IMG/VR virus record: IMGVR_UViG_3300033981_002321
Span: 1 to 64,000 of that record
From: a virus
Strand: one strand, 5' to 3'
DNA: 64,000 nucleotides
Shown piece by piece: positions 46,358 through 55,578 of the stretch (positions are counted from its first letter, which is position 1; every line of letters begins with the position of its first letter). The position numbers and the translations under genes were made by a program. Under the pieces are notes generated by a model, which searched no databases, was not told the DNA's origin, and saw nothing but the letters and a program-made list of their open reading frames with translations.

Positions 46358-46810
46358 ATGACAAACGCTGAGGTTTATAGAAGACTGAGATCAGTCAAGA
46401 GAATGCTGCTAAATAAAAATCAAGTATTAGTTTACGATAAAGAGATATTCAGTCTGCCCCTACAAGCTCAAGACGAAGCTTCTTTTTACACTGCTCTTGA
46501 TCACAACAAAAGACTGTTTAGAAAGGATGTGTTTTTAAGTGAAATATTAGACCGCCCCCAACTGTTCAACCGCAGCAACTTTTCTTTAATGTCTGTGCAG
46601 CAATATGTGCAAGATAACAGTGAATCTATCTGCAAGAGCTTCTCTGTAACAGCAATGCTGTTCACAAAGTATCGCAAACAAAAGGATGTTGTAAAACATG
46701 TCATTGTTTGCCTAGGTAGTATTTACCACGCCCCCCGAGTCTTCTATCGAGACGAATCATCAGGTAGAGTTGTTTATCAGAAGTCTACAGAATATATGGA
46801 TCTATACTGA
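46358..46810 (+). CDS. Hypothetical basic protein (start uncertain)
   Basis: 3' part of track ORF 46049..46810. Confidence 0.45.
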   Translation: MTNAEVYRRLRSVKRMLLNKNQVLVYDKEIFSLPLQAQDEASFYTALDHNKRLFRKDVFLSEILDRPQLFNRSNFSLMSVQQYVQDNSESICKSFSVTAMLFTKYRKQKDVVKHVIVCLGSIYHAPRVFYRDESSGRVVYQKSTEYMDLY

Positions 46811-46847
46811 GTTTACAGTTTCCCGCCCCCACCACTTCTTTTTTCTC

Positions 46848-47603
46848 ATGACTAACAACTTTGCAAACCTTGATGATTCTGATGAAGTGCAAGCAACTGA
46901 TCGAATCATAGATGTTGAAAGTAATTCACAAATGAAAAGTTTCCCGCCCCACGATGTTGATTCTGTAATTGATGAAAATGATGCAGATGATGAACTGTTT
47001 GATGATGATGAGAATAGTTTCTCGCGTAATGAAGAAGATTTGGCTGATGAGGATATTTCTAGCTCTTTACAGGATCCATATTCCGCTACTAACAAACTAC
47101 AGTCATGGGATTACAGGTCACGGTTAGCCCCGAGAGAGGGAGAGAAAGATTTTGCGATGTTCTGCTTGTATCGTGATTCGGGGAGTGGAAGATCAACAAA
47201 ATACATATCTTTAATCTACAATTTATCAGAAACCAGAGTGCTCAAGATAGCTGCAAGGGACAACTGGGGCAAAAGAGTTGCAGATTATGATAAGTATCAA
47301 CTACAGCTACTGATGAAAGAAGAGAGTAATCAGAGGGCGCTGGAGCATAAAAAGAAGTTGGAGGAATATAGATTACAGCAAGAGTTTCTTGGGCGCAGTT
47401 TAACTGCAGATGCTGCCAAGCTGGCTGCAATTGTAAGTAGAAGCTTGGATAAGTTTATTGCTGCTGACGGTGATATAGATATAAAAGATGTGCCCGGCAT
47501 TCTAGCCGCTGCGTCGAAGGCGGGAGACATCGGCAGGAATCTCCAGGCAAGCAGTCTTGGGGTGGATCAGTTGTTAGCTGCGTTGGAAGAAGTGGAAGAT
47601 TAA
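46848..47603 (+). CDS. Putative terminase small subunit
   Basis: E..KDFAMFCLYRD.GSGRS......NW..R...YD pattern typical of a TerS-like family; acidic N-terminus; lies upstream of terL. Confidence 0.6.
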   Translation: MTNNFANLDDSDEVQATDRIIDVESNSQMKSFPPHDVDSVIDENDADDELFDDDENSFSRNEEDLADEDISSSLQDPYSATNKLQSWDYRSRLAPREGEKDFAMFCLYRDSGSGRSTKYISLIYNLSETRVLKIAARDNWGKRVADYDKYQLQLLMKEESNQRALEHKKKLEEYRLQQEFLGRSLTADAAKLAAIVSRSLDKFIAADGDIDIKDVPGILAAASKAGDIGRNLQASSLGVDQLLAALEEVED

Positions 47604-47832
47604 AGTTATTGCTGCAGTGTTCACAAGCTAAAAGTTTGTTGCGTGGCTGAGTCTCGCTGGGGGGTTCTTGGTTGCTTCCGTTTCCCCCATACCCTAAAGG
47701 ACAAAATTCGACACCCCTTGAGACTCATTCCGTTGGAAGGGATTTACGAACTGTAGTAATCACGTTTGCGTTGTGCTTTTTATGATGAGCACTGGGTTTC
47801 TTTGCTCGCCCACAGAAAAACGGTGGTAAAAT

Positions 47833-48324
47833 TTGCATAGTCCTGAGACAAGCTTTGGGACAAATGAGACACGACTTTCGAGGCTTTCTGTTGTGGGCAG
47901 AAAAGAATTTCAGGGGCTTTTACTTTCATCTGAAATCTCAAAAACAGAACTTACTATTGTCATGTATCTGCTGGATATGTGCAATGAATGGGGTTTTACT
48001 ACTGAATCGGCGAGTACGATTGCAGGGTTCTTTGGGGCTGACACTTCTAACACCTATGCAAGAATCAGGAAACTTAAAAAGCTTGAGGTGATAAAAGAGG
48101 TTGAATACAATGGGCGCAAAGGCTTAATGGTTAGTCCTATTTATTGCTACGCTGGTAGTTTGAAGCTGAGAAGATTCAGGTCCAGGCTTTGGTCAAGTGA
48201 AACACTTTACACAAAAGTATTCCCTAATTCTTTCTATGGCCCTCCCGTCTTAGATCGCAAAACACTTGTTTATCATTCAGCGGATAAAGTTGGGGCGAAG
48301 AAATATATTGTCGATAGAAGCTGA
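47833..48324 (+). CDS. Winged-HTH DNA-binding protein (RepL-like)
   Basis: IA..FG.D.SN.Y..IRKLK...VI....MVSP.Y...G. Confidence 0.6.
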   Translation: MHSPETSFGTNETRLSRLSVVGRKEFQGLLLSSEISKTELTIVMYLLDMCNEWGFTTESASTIAGFFGADTSNTYARIRKLKKLEVIKEVEYNGRKGLMVSPIYCYAGSLKLRRFRSRLWSSETLYTKVFPNSFYGPPVLDRKTLVYHSADKVGAKKYIVDRS

Positions 48325-48590
48325 TTCATTCATTCATTCACATTCACTTTCTCGCCCCCCGACTTTGCAACTGAGCGCAGTCACCATTCACTTTCAACAT
48401 TCACATTCACATTCACTTTCTCGCCCCCAACTTTCTTTATTGGCCGCGGCCACCATTCACATTCATTTATTCACAGCTGCATTCATTCATTCACAGCCAT
48501 TCATTCATTCATTCATTCACAGTCACCATTCATAAGACATTCACAGTCACCATTCACCATTCACATTCACAGTCACCATTCACAGTCACA
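48325..48590. repeat. (CATT/CACATT/CAGTCAC) low-complexity tract
   Basis: Runs of ATTC and CATTCACAGTCAC; G-poor on the plus strand. Confidence 0.9.
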
Positions 48591-48631
48591 AAAGACAGAC
48601 ACTAAGGGCAGACACTAAGGACAGACACAAA

Positions 48632-48813
48632 AGACAAAAGACAAAAGACAAAAGCCGAGAGACAAAAGACAAAAGCCGAGAGACAAAAGACAAAAGCCGA
48701 GAGACAAAAGACAAAAGCCGAGAGACAAAAGACAAAAGCCGAGAGGCGAGAGACAAAAGCCGAGAGGCGAGAGACAAAAGCCGAGAGGCGAGAGGCGAGA
48801 GCCGAGAGGCGAA
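48632..48813. repeat. 26 x 7-nt tandem array (AGACAAA/AGCCGAG/AGGCGAG)
   Basis: Exact 7-nt register over 182 bp with no T on the plus strand. Confidence 0.95.
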
Positions 48814-49001
48814 AGGTTACAGCTAAAGGTTTGAGCAAGCTGGAGCAAGCTGGAGCAAGTTACAGGCGAAAGGTTACAGCTAAAGGTTTGAGCAAGCTGG
48901 AGCAAGCTGGAGCAAGTTACAGGCGAAAGGTTACAGCTAAAGGTTTGAGCAAGCTGGAGCAAGCTGGAGCAAGTTACAGGCGAAAGGTTACAGCTAAAGG
49001 T
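48807..49001. repeat. 57-bp tandem repeat x3.4
   Basis: Identical units start at 48807, 48864, 48921 and 48978. Confidence 0.95.
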
Positions 49002-49152
49002 CAGGGTGAAACCTATAAAGTCTGCTGCAGCGGTTCGGATTAAGAACTTAATTCTCGCGATTCTCGCCGGTAGGCTAGGTGTGTCTGCCCGTTGGCACTC
49101 CAGCCAGAATCGACGCGGAAACCTTAAAAACCTGCCCGCTTGCCCCTATCGC

Positions 49153-49181
49153 TTGACGTGTGGCGCCGATGGTGCCATTAT
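49153..49181 (+). promoter_or_regulatory. Sigma70-type promoter, GGTGC-spacer class
   Basis: TTGACG-tgtggcgccgatggtgc-CATTAT. Confidence 0.65.
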
Positions 49182-49337
49182 GGACAGTGAACCTAGACAA
49201 CTAGCTAGCCTCAGTCAGTCCGACCCATTGGGTCGGGTATAGCCGCGCGCGCGCTCCACTGCGCGTCGCGATTGGGCGGATCGGATCCGCCGCGCGACCC
49301 TTGCCAGACACCGAGTCTGGCTTTCTTTAGATCAACC

Positions 49338-50150
49338 ATGGCACGCGCCAACCGCACCAGCACCAGCACCAGCCAGCACCAGCCCGAGCACCAGCCCGAG
49401 CACCAGCACCAGGGCCCCCGCACCGGCCCCTTAGGTGGCGACTGCGTCACCATCCAGCCGCCCACCGAACCCAGCACCGAGCCCGCAACCGATCCCACCA
49501 CGGCAACCGCCCCGCCGTCTTTGCTGGAAATCCTCCGCCAACTAACACCACCGCCAGCCCCTAAAGGCCCCAAGGCCCCCAAGACGACAAAGGGAGCAGA
49601 GCCCGCCGGTTTTGGTGTCAGCCTCTCACCGCCAGCCCTTGCCGCACTCCAGCAACAGCAAAGCTACGCCAGCCGTTGGAGTGAACGCAGCTGGCGAACC
49701 TATCGGGCTTCCAACGCAGACAAGCTCCACCCCGACCAACGTTTCTGGGAAATGCCCGCATATCGCGCCCAAGGTGAGCCCGTGCCCTCCCTTGTCGCCC
49801 CCTCCCCTGCGATCCACAAACCCGAGCCCACGGATCGAGTCGAGCAGCACAAATGGCAAGCAACCATAGCCGCCAACCTATGGGGGATCAGTGCAGCCGC
49901 TTTGCTAATTCGCAAAGGTCGCCTCTCAATCGGTGATGCCCTGTTACTCATGAAGGCCAACGGCGCCCTATTCAAGGACCAGGGAGCAGCCCTCACCGCC
50001 TGTCAGAAGGCGATCCCCGGTTACAGGCTCCGGTGGGCAGACAATGGCGCACTGGAAATCGATCCAGAGCACAAACTCACCGAGAACGACCTTACGCAAG
50101 CCCTTGCGGACAGGGCGACAGCTGACATCAAGGCCGCTCAGGTTCAATAA
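49338..50150 (+). CDS. Hypothetical protein with a Pro/Gln/Thr-rich disordered N-terminus
   Basis: TTTAGATCAACCATG start; own promoter and terminator. Confidence 0.7.
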   Translation: MARANRTSTSTSQHQPEHQPEHQHQGPRTGPLGGDCVTIQPPTEPSTEPATDPTTATAPPSLLEILRQLTPPPAPKGPKAPKTTKGAEPAGFGVSLSPPALAALQQQQSYASRWSERSWRTYRASNADKLHPDQRFWEMPAYRAQGEPVPSLVAPSPAIHKPEPTDRVEQHKWQATIAANLWGISAAALLIRKGRLSIGDALLLMKANGALFKDQGAALTACQKAIPGYRLRWADNGALEIDPEHKLTENDLTQALADRATADIKAAQVQ

Positions 50151-50171
50151 CAGCCAGCGCCTGGAACCACG

Positions 50172-50199
50172 GCCCGGTAGTTAATCCTGCCGGGCTTTA
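50172..50199 (+). terminator. Intrinsic terminator
   Basis: GCCCGGTAG-ttaatc-CTGCCGGGC-TTTA. Confidence 0.7.
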
Positions 50200-50300
50200 T
50201 CCTTCATTCTTTAATTAAACCGACCCGGTAAGGGTTGCCCTTGCTAGGTAACTAGATGGGGTAACCCTGCCAAGTAGGGGCAGACGCCATCCCCCCACCC

Positions 50301-50400
50301 CTAAATTTTTTTTACCTATTCCAACCAGCTCTCTTCAACCTATTCCCTCTCGCTAATTTTTTTTACCTATTCTCACCAAGTCTCTTCCACCTATTTCTCT
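50301..50400. repeat. 51-bp direct repeat x2 containing four ACCTATT boxes and T-tracts
   Basis: ACCTATT at 50314, 50338, 50365 and 50389. Confidence 0.8.
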
Positions 50401-50667
50401 AGCTACATCAACTCTCATTTATCTCAACAACGCAATTACTTTATACCCCCATCACTCTGAAAAAAATCGATTTTCGCAACTTTTTCAAGCCCATGTCTCG
50501 AAATTTTTTTTAGTGTCTATTTCACACAGACACTTATACTTATATTGAATCTGTAAAGTTTTCAGCCCGGCTGTTCCCCCATTGCATCAATTTTCTCTCG
50601 CCCCCACTGGATTTCTTCTTAGGCTGAGCTATGCTGCTTCTCGCCCCCGCTGCATTTGCTCGGCTTC

Positions 50668-51402
50668 ATGAAAACCGAAAAAATTGATCCGCTGTTCAGA
50701 GTTGCGCTAATTCGCAGAACTGAAGAGCCGCAGAGGTGCATTTACGCTGCGATGCACCAGGATTACTGTGAAGATTTTATTGCTGATCAAGAACTGCCCG
50801 AGGAGCGCAAGGCCGGGGCGATTGCAGTTAAAAGATTGCTGAGTGGCGATAGGGGGCATTTTGGTTGCACGGAGCATCCACAAATTACTTTGAATGTGGG
50901 GTGGTTTCCTCACTCTGCAATGCAGCAGGCGAGAACGCATCGGATTGGGGTTAGCTTTGACGTTCAGAGTGGGCGTTATACGGGGCAGAGGATTCTTGAT
51001 GCTGCAAGTGGCAAGCGAACTGTTGAAGAAGTATTTTACCTTCGCCCCCCTCAGAGATATAGAGACCGCGACGGGGCGGATTACGAATACACAGAGGAAG
51101 ATAGAAAGATTGATCTAGCTAGGTGTTATGACGCTGCATGTCACTACGCCCATCAAATCAGACAGGGCAAGGCTGAAGAGCAGGCCCGAGAGCTTATACC
51201 TTATGCAATTCGCCAGCATTTTGTGGTGAGCTTTAGCATGAGGGCGCTGATGCACTTTCTCGACCTCAGGGCTAAGCTTGACGCCCAGCAGGAGATACGC
51301 TGGCTCTGCGATCTGATGTGGCCTCACTTTGTTGATTGGGCGCCTGAGATTGCACAGTGGTACGAAGAGAAGCGCCTGCACAAAGCAAAACTAGCCCCTT
51401 AG
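50668..51402 (+). CDS. thyX: FAD-dependent thymidylate synthase
   Basis: GH.G..EH and RTHRIGVSFDVQSGRY signature, LDLR...AQ.EIR. Confidence 0.95.
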   Translation: MKTEKIDPLFRVALIRRTEEPQRCIYAAMHQDYCEDFIADQELPEERKAGAIAVKRLLSGDRGHFGCTEHPQITLNVGWFPHSAMQQARTHRIGVSFDVQSGRYTGQRILDAASGKRTVEEVFYLRPPQRYRDRDGADYEYTEEDRKIDLARCYDAACHYAHQIRQGKAEEQARELIPYAIRQHFVVSFSMRALMHFLDLRAKLDAQQEIRWLCDLMWPHFVDWAPEIAQWYEEKRLHKAKLAP

Positions 51403-51421
51403 TCAACAGGCCAGCGACAAC

Positions 51422-52825
51422 ATGCCAGCAAAAGCCCGCAGCGCAAGATATGCAGACAGAGCAGCTCTGCAATCGCTCGGGCTTTTTCATGATACGTCGA
51501 TGCTCAAGGCATTAAAAAGAAAAAACAACAATGCTCTGAGCGTAGACGAGATCGAAGATCGAATTGTTGCAGATCTTCTCCCACATCAAAAAGATTTTGT
51601 TTGCAATTTCGATACAAGGTATATCCTTTACGTGGGTGGATTGGGTTCAGGAAAGTCTTATAGCAGTGTCGCCAAGGCAATACTTTTAGCTTTTAGGAGT
51701 CAGGGGCATACTCACATTTATCTTGAGCCCACCTACGTGATGTTGAACGACATCGCGATTCCGACGTGGAACTCATTTCTTCATAAATACGATATTCCTT
51801 TCACGCACCGAGTTTCCCCTCAGCCCAGCTACACCTTGCATCTGCCCGAGGGGGACACCACAATCCTTCTCCGCCCCCTCATGAACGTGGAGCGCCTGGT
51901 GGGCATCAACGCTGCCTCCCTGGTGATTGACGAGGCGGATACGGTCAAGCAGGAGGTCGCCGAGGCGGCCCTGGTCAAGTTGCAGGGGCGGGTTCGTGTA
52001 GGGAGTTGTCCGCAGATTTGCTTTGTGTCTACGCCGGAGGGGCGGAAGTTTATTTGGGGGTTCTTTGAGAAAAATAAAAGCGATGACAAACAGCTTTACA
52101 GAGCGGATACTAGAGACAATCCTTACCTTGATCAAAATTACGTCAAGGACTTGCTGGAGAAGTATCCTGCAAACTTGGTTGATGCCTATGTGAAGGGCGA
52201 GTTTGTTAATCTTGAGACGACGACCGTGTTTAGTGAGTTTGAGAGAGACAGGCACTTTACAAATATCTTTTGCCCCGAGGCCAACGAGCCAATCCTCATC
52301 GGGTGCGACTTCAACGTGGGCAAGGTTTCAAGTGTCTATGCCGTTATGCGCCCCCTGCCTTCTGGGGGCCAGGCTTTACACATATTTGACGAGAACATCT
52401 CTAGGGACACTTTCTCGCTCGCGGAGCATATCAAGCGGAAATACGCTGCTCACGTTGCAAGAAATATGGTGATGATCTATCCTGATAGCTCGGGGTCACA
52501 TGCTAGCACGTCGTCCACCATGAGTGATCACGACATTCTGAGAGAGACGGGGGCAAAAGTTATAGCTGAGCGCCGAAATCCCCCAATTGCGGAAACTGTG
52601 GGGCACGCAAATAATTGCTTTAACAAGGGGCAGATTTTTATCAACTGTTCCTCGTGCCATGAATCTGTAGAAATGCTTGAAAACTGGGGTTACGATAGTT
52701 CCCTGAAGCCAGCAAAGGGTGGAAAATTGGACTATTCTCACTTTGGCGACGCCTTAAGGTATCTCGTCTGGCAAACAATGCCAAGGCCTTCGATTGGGCT
52801 TGGGCGAGGGCAGCGTTGGAGATAG
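51422..52825 (+). CDS. terL: Terminase large subunit
   Basis: Walker A GGLGSGKS, Walker B LVIDEA, STPEG, nuclease GCDFN and H.GDALRY. Confidence 0.95.
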   Translation: MPAKARSARYADRAALQSLGLFHDTSMLKALKRKNNNALSVDEIEDRIVADLLPHQKDFVCNFDTRYILYVGGLGSGKSYSSVAKAILLAFRSQGHTHIYLEPTYVMLNDIAIPTWNSFLHKYDIPFTHRVSPQPSYTLHLPEGDTTILLRPLMNVERLVGINAASLVIDEADTVKQEVAEAALVKLQGRVRVGSCPQICFVSTPEGRKFIWGFFEKNKSDDKQLYRADTRDNPYLDQNYVKDLLEKYPANLVDAYVKGEFVNLETTTVFSEFERDRHFTNIFCPEANEPILIGCDFNVGKVSSVYAVMRPLPSGGQALHIFDENISRDTFSLAEHIKRKYAAHVARNMVMIYPDSSGSHASTSSTMSDHDILRETGAKVIAERRNPPIAETVGHANNCFNKGQIFINCSSCHESVEMLENWGYDSSLKPAKGGKLDYSHFGDALRYLVWQTMPRPSIGLGRGQRWR

Positions 52826-52919
52826 TTTACATTTTCCCGCCCCCCTTGATTTCCCCCTTGCGCCCCCAACTGCGAAGCTTTTTCTGCTGTTAGAGTGTGA
52901 ATAGTGCTGCGAAGAAACA

Positions 52920-54644
52920 GTGGTCATCGTTGGTAACTCTCTGATCCCAAATGCTGATGACGCCCTGGGGTTAAACCCGTTTGACCGGCGGCACCCAGAG
53001 CTGGAAGCGAATGTTGAGGGGGTTACGGGCGTTGCTGAATACTCGATCGAGCAGGCTCAGCAGCTGGAAAGGCTGTCTCCGATCAAGTTTTGCACCCTGC
53101 CCGAGTTCTTCCTGTACGAAGCGACTAGCGAATATATCCCCAAGGATCACCTTGAAGAGCCAGAGTCCTATGACGTTCGCAAAACTAGAGCACAGAGCAG
53201 CTTTGAGCCATTCTATTCGCATCTTCGCAACCTTACAATTGGTACAGCCCTTCGCAAAGGCGTTGTAATTCCTGAGGATGTTGATGGGTCGTGGGGCAAT
53301 TTTTTTGAAGATTGCGATCTTGAGGGGCATTCTTTAACTTCTTACACCAAAGAGCTTTTTACAGCAGCTGTTGATGCGGGTGTTGCGGGTATTTGGGTCG
53401 AATATCCGAAGCTTCCTACCGACCTGAGCGCGGAAGAGGAGAAAATTCTTAACCCTCGCCCCTATTTCGTCTTGATCAAGTGCGACCAAGTGCTTGAATG
53501 CAGGCACGATATTTTCAGTGCGGAGATCCTGGGGCAGTCACTTTTTGGTTCTTTTCCCACATATTTGCGTATTAAGGGGGAAATTCGCCGAAAAAGTGCT
53601 ACAAATGAGTTCTTTGAGGAGGTTTTGCCCGCTGTTTTCGTTTATGACATTGTAGAAATTGGGGAAGATGGCTTTTCCGAGGTAAATGACACGCTTCGCC
53701 CTGTTTCTCCTGGCCGCAGAGTTCGCTGCAGGACGTATGTAAAGCAAAATGTACCCGGAAATACCGATAGGTATCTTCAAGAGGGGGAGGAAAGGTATCT
53801 TTCTATCCCGTTTATCCCGTTTGTGCCTGTCCTTGGGGGTGAAAAAGAAGCATTTTTCCGTGCTCGCCCCCTTCTTCTTGATATTGCGCGGCTAAATCTG
53901 CATCACTGGGCAGTTTCCGCTGATCTTGCGGAGTCAATTCACCTTACAGCCTCGCCCCTTTTGACAATGACGGGCGTGCGTGCCGACGATGAAGTAAAAG
54001 CGGGGTCTGGGCGAACGCTTTCTTCTCAAAATTCCGATGCAAGATTTGGGATGATTAGTGCAAGTATGGAGGGGGCGGAAGTTACGCTTAAAAATCTCGA
54101 CAGAATCGAGAAATCAATGGAGCGATTGGCCGCAGTTGCAATGACAACGGGCAAAACGCAGGCCGAATCCGGTTTTGCGAAGCTTCTTGACCGTTCTCAA
54201 AGCGATTCTCAGCTTGCAGTTCTTGTTCAGTCGCTTGAAGACGCTCTGAATAGGGCGCTTATGTATGCTGCGGCTTACAGAAACTACTCTGCAGTTAAGA
54301 TCGCAATTAGCAAGAACTTCATTCCGGTTAAACTGCACTCGCAACAGGTAATGGCTTATAGCTCTCTGTTCAAGGATGGGGTGATAACCATTGAGCTGTT
54401 CATGCGTATGCTTGAAAGCGGGGAGCTTTTTGAGGGCATTCCTGGTTTCAGCGTGTCAGATATTATCGAAAAAATGGGACTCAAGGGGACTGAAACTATC
54501 AGGGAGCTGATGGGGGCTGGCGAGGGGACCCCTGCCGATGGGCGATCTTCTCGTCTCCGCGTTGAAGTAGACAACACGGCCCCAACGAGCGAGGGCGCCG
54601 ATAGAGAAGTCTTGGAGCCGGGGTTTGAACCAAGCGAAGCTTGA
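52920..54644 (+). CDS. Portal protein (DUF4055-like)
   Basis: Follows terL; Y.PK...E....Y..R, G..G..V.YP, RPY, PLL..A.LN..H patterns. Confidence 0.85.
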   Translation: MVIVGNSLIPNADDALGLNPFDRRHPELEANVEGVTGVAEYSIEQAQQLERLSPIKFCTLPEFFLYEATSEYIPKDHLEEPESYDVRKTRAQSSFEPFYSHLRNLTIGTALRKGVVIPEDVDGSWGNFFEDCDLEGHSLTSYTKELFTAAVDAGVAGIWVEYPKLPTDLSAEEEKILNPRPYFVLIKCDQVLECRHDIFSAEILGQSLFGSFPTYLRIKGEIRRKSATNEFFEEVLPAVFVYDIVEIGEDGFSEVNDTLRPVSPGRRVRCRTYVKQNVPGNTDRYLQEGEERYLSIPFIPFVPVLGGEKEAFFRARPLLLDIARLNLHHWAVSADLAESIHLTASPLLTMTGVRADDEVKAGSGRTLSSQNSDARFGMISASMEGAEVTLKNLDRIEKSMERLAAVAMTTGKTQAESGFAKLLDRSQSDSQLAVLVQSLEDALNRALMYAAAYRNYSAVKIAISKNFIPVKLHSQQVMAYSSLFKDGVITIELFMRMLESGELFEGIPGFSVSDIIEKMGLKGTETIRELMGAGEGTPADGRSSRLRVEVDNTAPTSEGADREVLEPGFEPSEA

Positions 54645-54675
54645 GCTATAGTTCTTTCACCGACAACAATTCCGT

Positions 54676-55578
54676 ATGGCTTTTGAGACTCTTGACGAAG
54701 CAAACAGTGCTTTCAAGTCCCTTGAGGATCGGCTTAACGCCCTGGAGACCGAAAACACGAAGCTGAAGGCCACGAAGGAAGGCCTGCAGGGCGATCTCAG
54801 GAAGCGCAAGCAGATTGCCACCTTCCTGAAAGTGGCTGGCATCGAGCTGACGCCTGACATGAGCGACGAAGAGATTGCCGAGAAGGTGTTGGCCCTCAAG
54901 GCTGCGAATGCCTCCGAGGAAGGCGAGGAAGGCGACGGTGGCGGCGCTGGCGGGGGGCAGCCCCAAGGTGGACAACAGCAGCCTAAGGGGCAGCAGCAGC
55001 CTCAGGGGCAGCAGGCCTACACCAACCCCTCTGACGCCGTGGATACGGTTGTGAAAGCGGAGATGGCCTCCCTGAAGCGGCGACTGGAAGAGCAGAACAA
55101 GCGGATCATCCAGGCCGAGCAAGAGCGTGATCGCGAGCGTGAAAGCCGCCGTGCAACGCTGCTTGAGCAGAAGGTAATGGATGAGCTGGCTCGTGTTGAT
55201 TGCAGGAAGCCGGGGCATCTGTTCAAGCTCAAGAAGGAGGACTTCCGTTTGCTTGAAGATGAGGAAACGGTTGTTTATGGACCCCAGGACGATCCGGTGT
55301 CTCTCAAAGATGCCGTGAGCAAGCTTCGCGAGGATGACGACTACTCGATTTACTTTAATGGCTCGGGAGCTACCGGCTCTGGCATGGCTCCGTCTCGTAC
55401 TCCTGCTTATACTTCTGCGAACAACCCGTTTGCTGTTGGATCAGTGAATGCAACTCTTGTCGCAGAAATGGTCAACGGAGGACACAAGGAGAAAGCTGCG
55501 CGACTTTTCCGTGAAGCTCGCGCTGCTGGCAAGCTTGATCCGACTCTGGCAAGGGCGATGGGCAGCATGTTTGGTTGA
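54676..55578 (+). CDS. Head scaffolding protein
   Basis: Coiled coil, G.G.G motif, NPF near the C-terminus; lies between portal and capsid. Confidence 0.75.
   Translation: MAFETLDEANSAFKSLEDRLNALETENTKLKATKEGLQGDLRKRKQIATFLKVAGIELTPDMSDEEIAEKVLALKAANASEEGEEGDGGGAGGGQPQGGQQQPKGQQQPQGQQAYTNPSDAVDTVVKAEMASLKRRLEEQNKRIIQAEQERDRERESRRATLLEQKVMDELARVDCRKPGHLFKLKKEDFRLLEDEETVVYGPQDDPVSLKDAVSKLREDDDYSIYFNGSGATGSGMAPSRTPAYTSANNPFAVGSVNATLVAEMVNGGHKEKAARLFREARAAGKLDPTLARAMGSMFG

Noticed and set aside
47648-47750. Inverted repeat TGAGTCTC/GAGACTCA and TTCC-gtt-GGAA upstream of the HTH gene
   Set aside because: Short and single; cannot be distinguished from chance without homologs
48632-49001. CRISPR array or repeat-encoded ORFs
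   Set aside because: Units are contiguous with no unique spacers and there are no cas genes; the ORFs here are low-complexity artefacts
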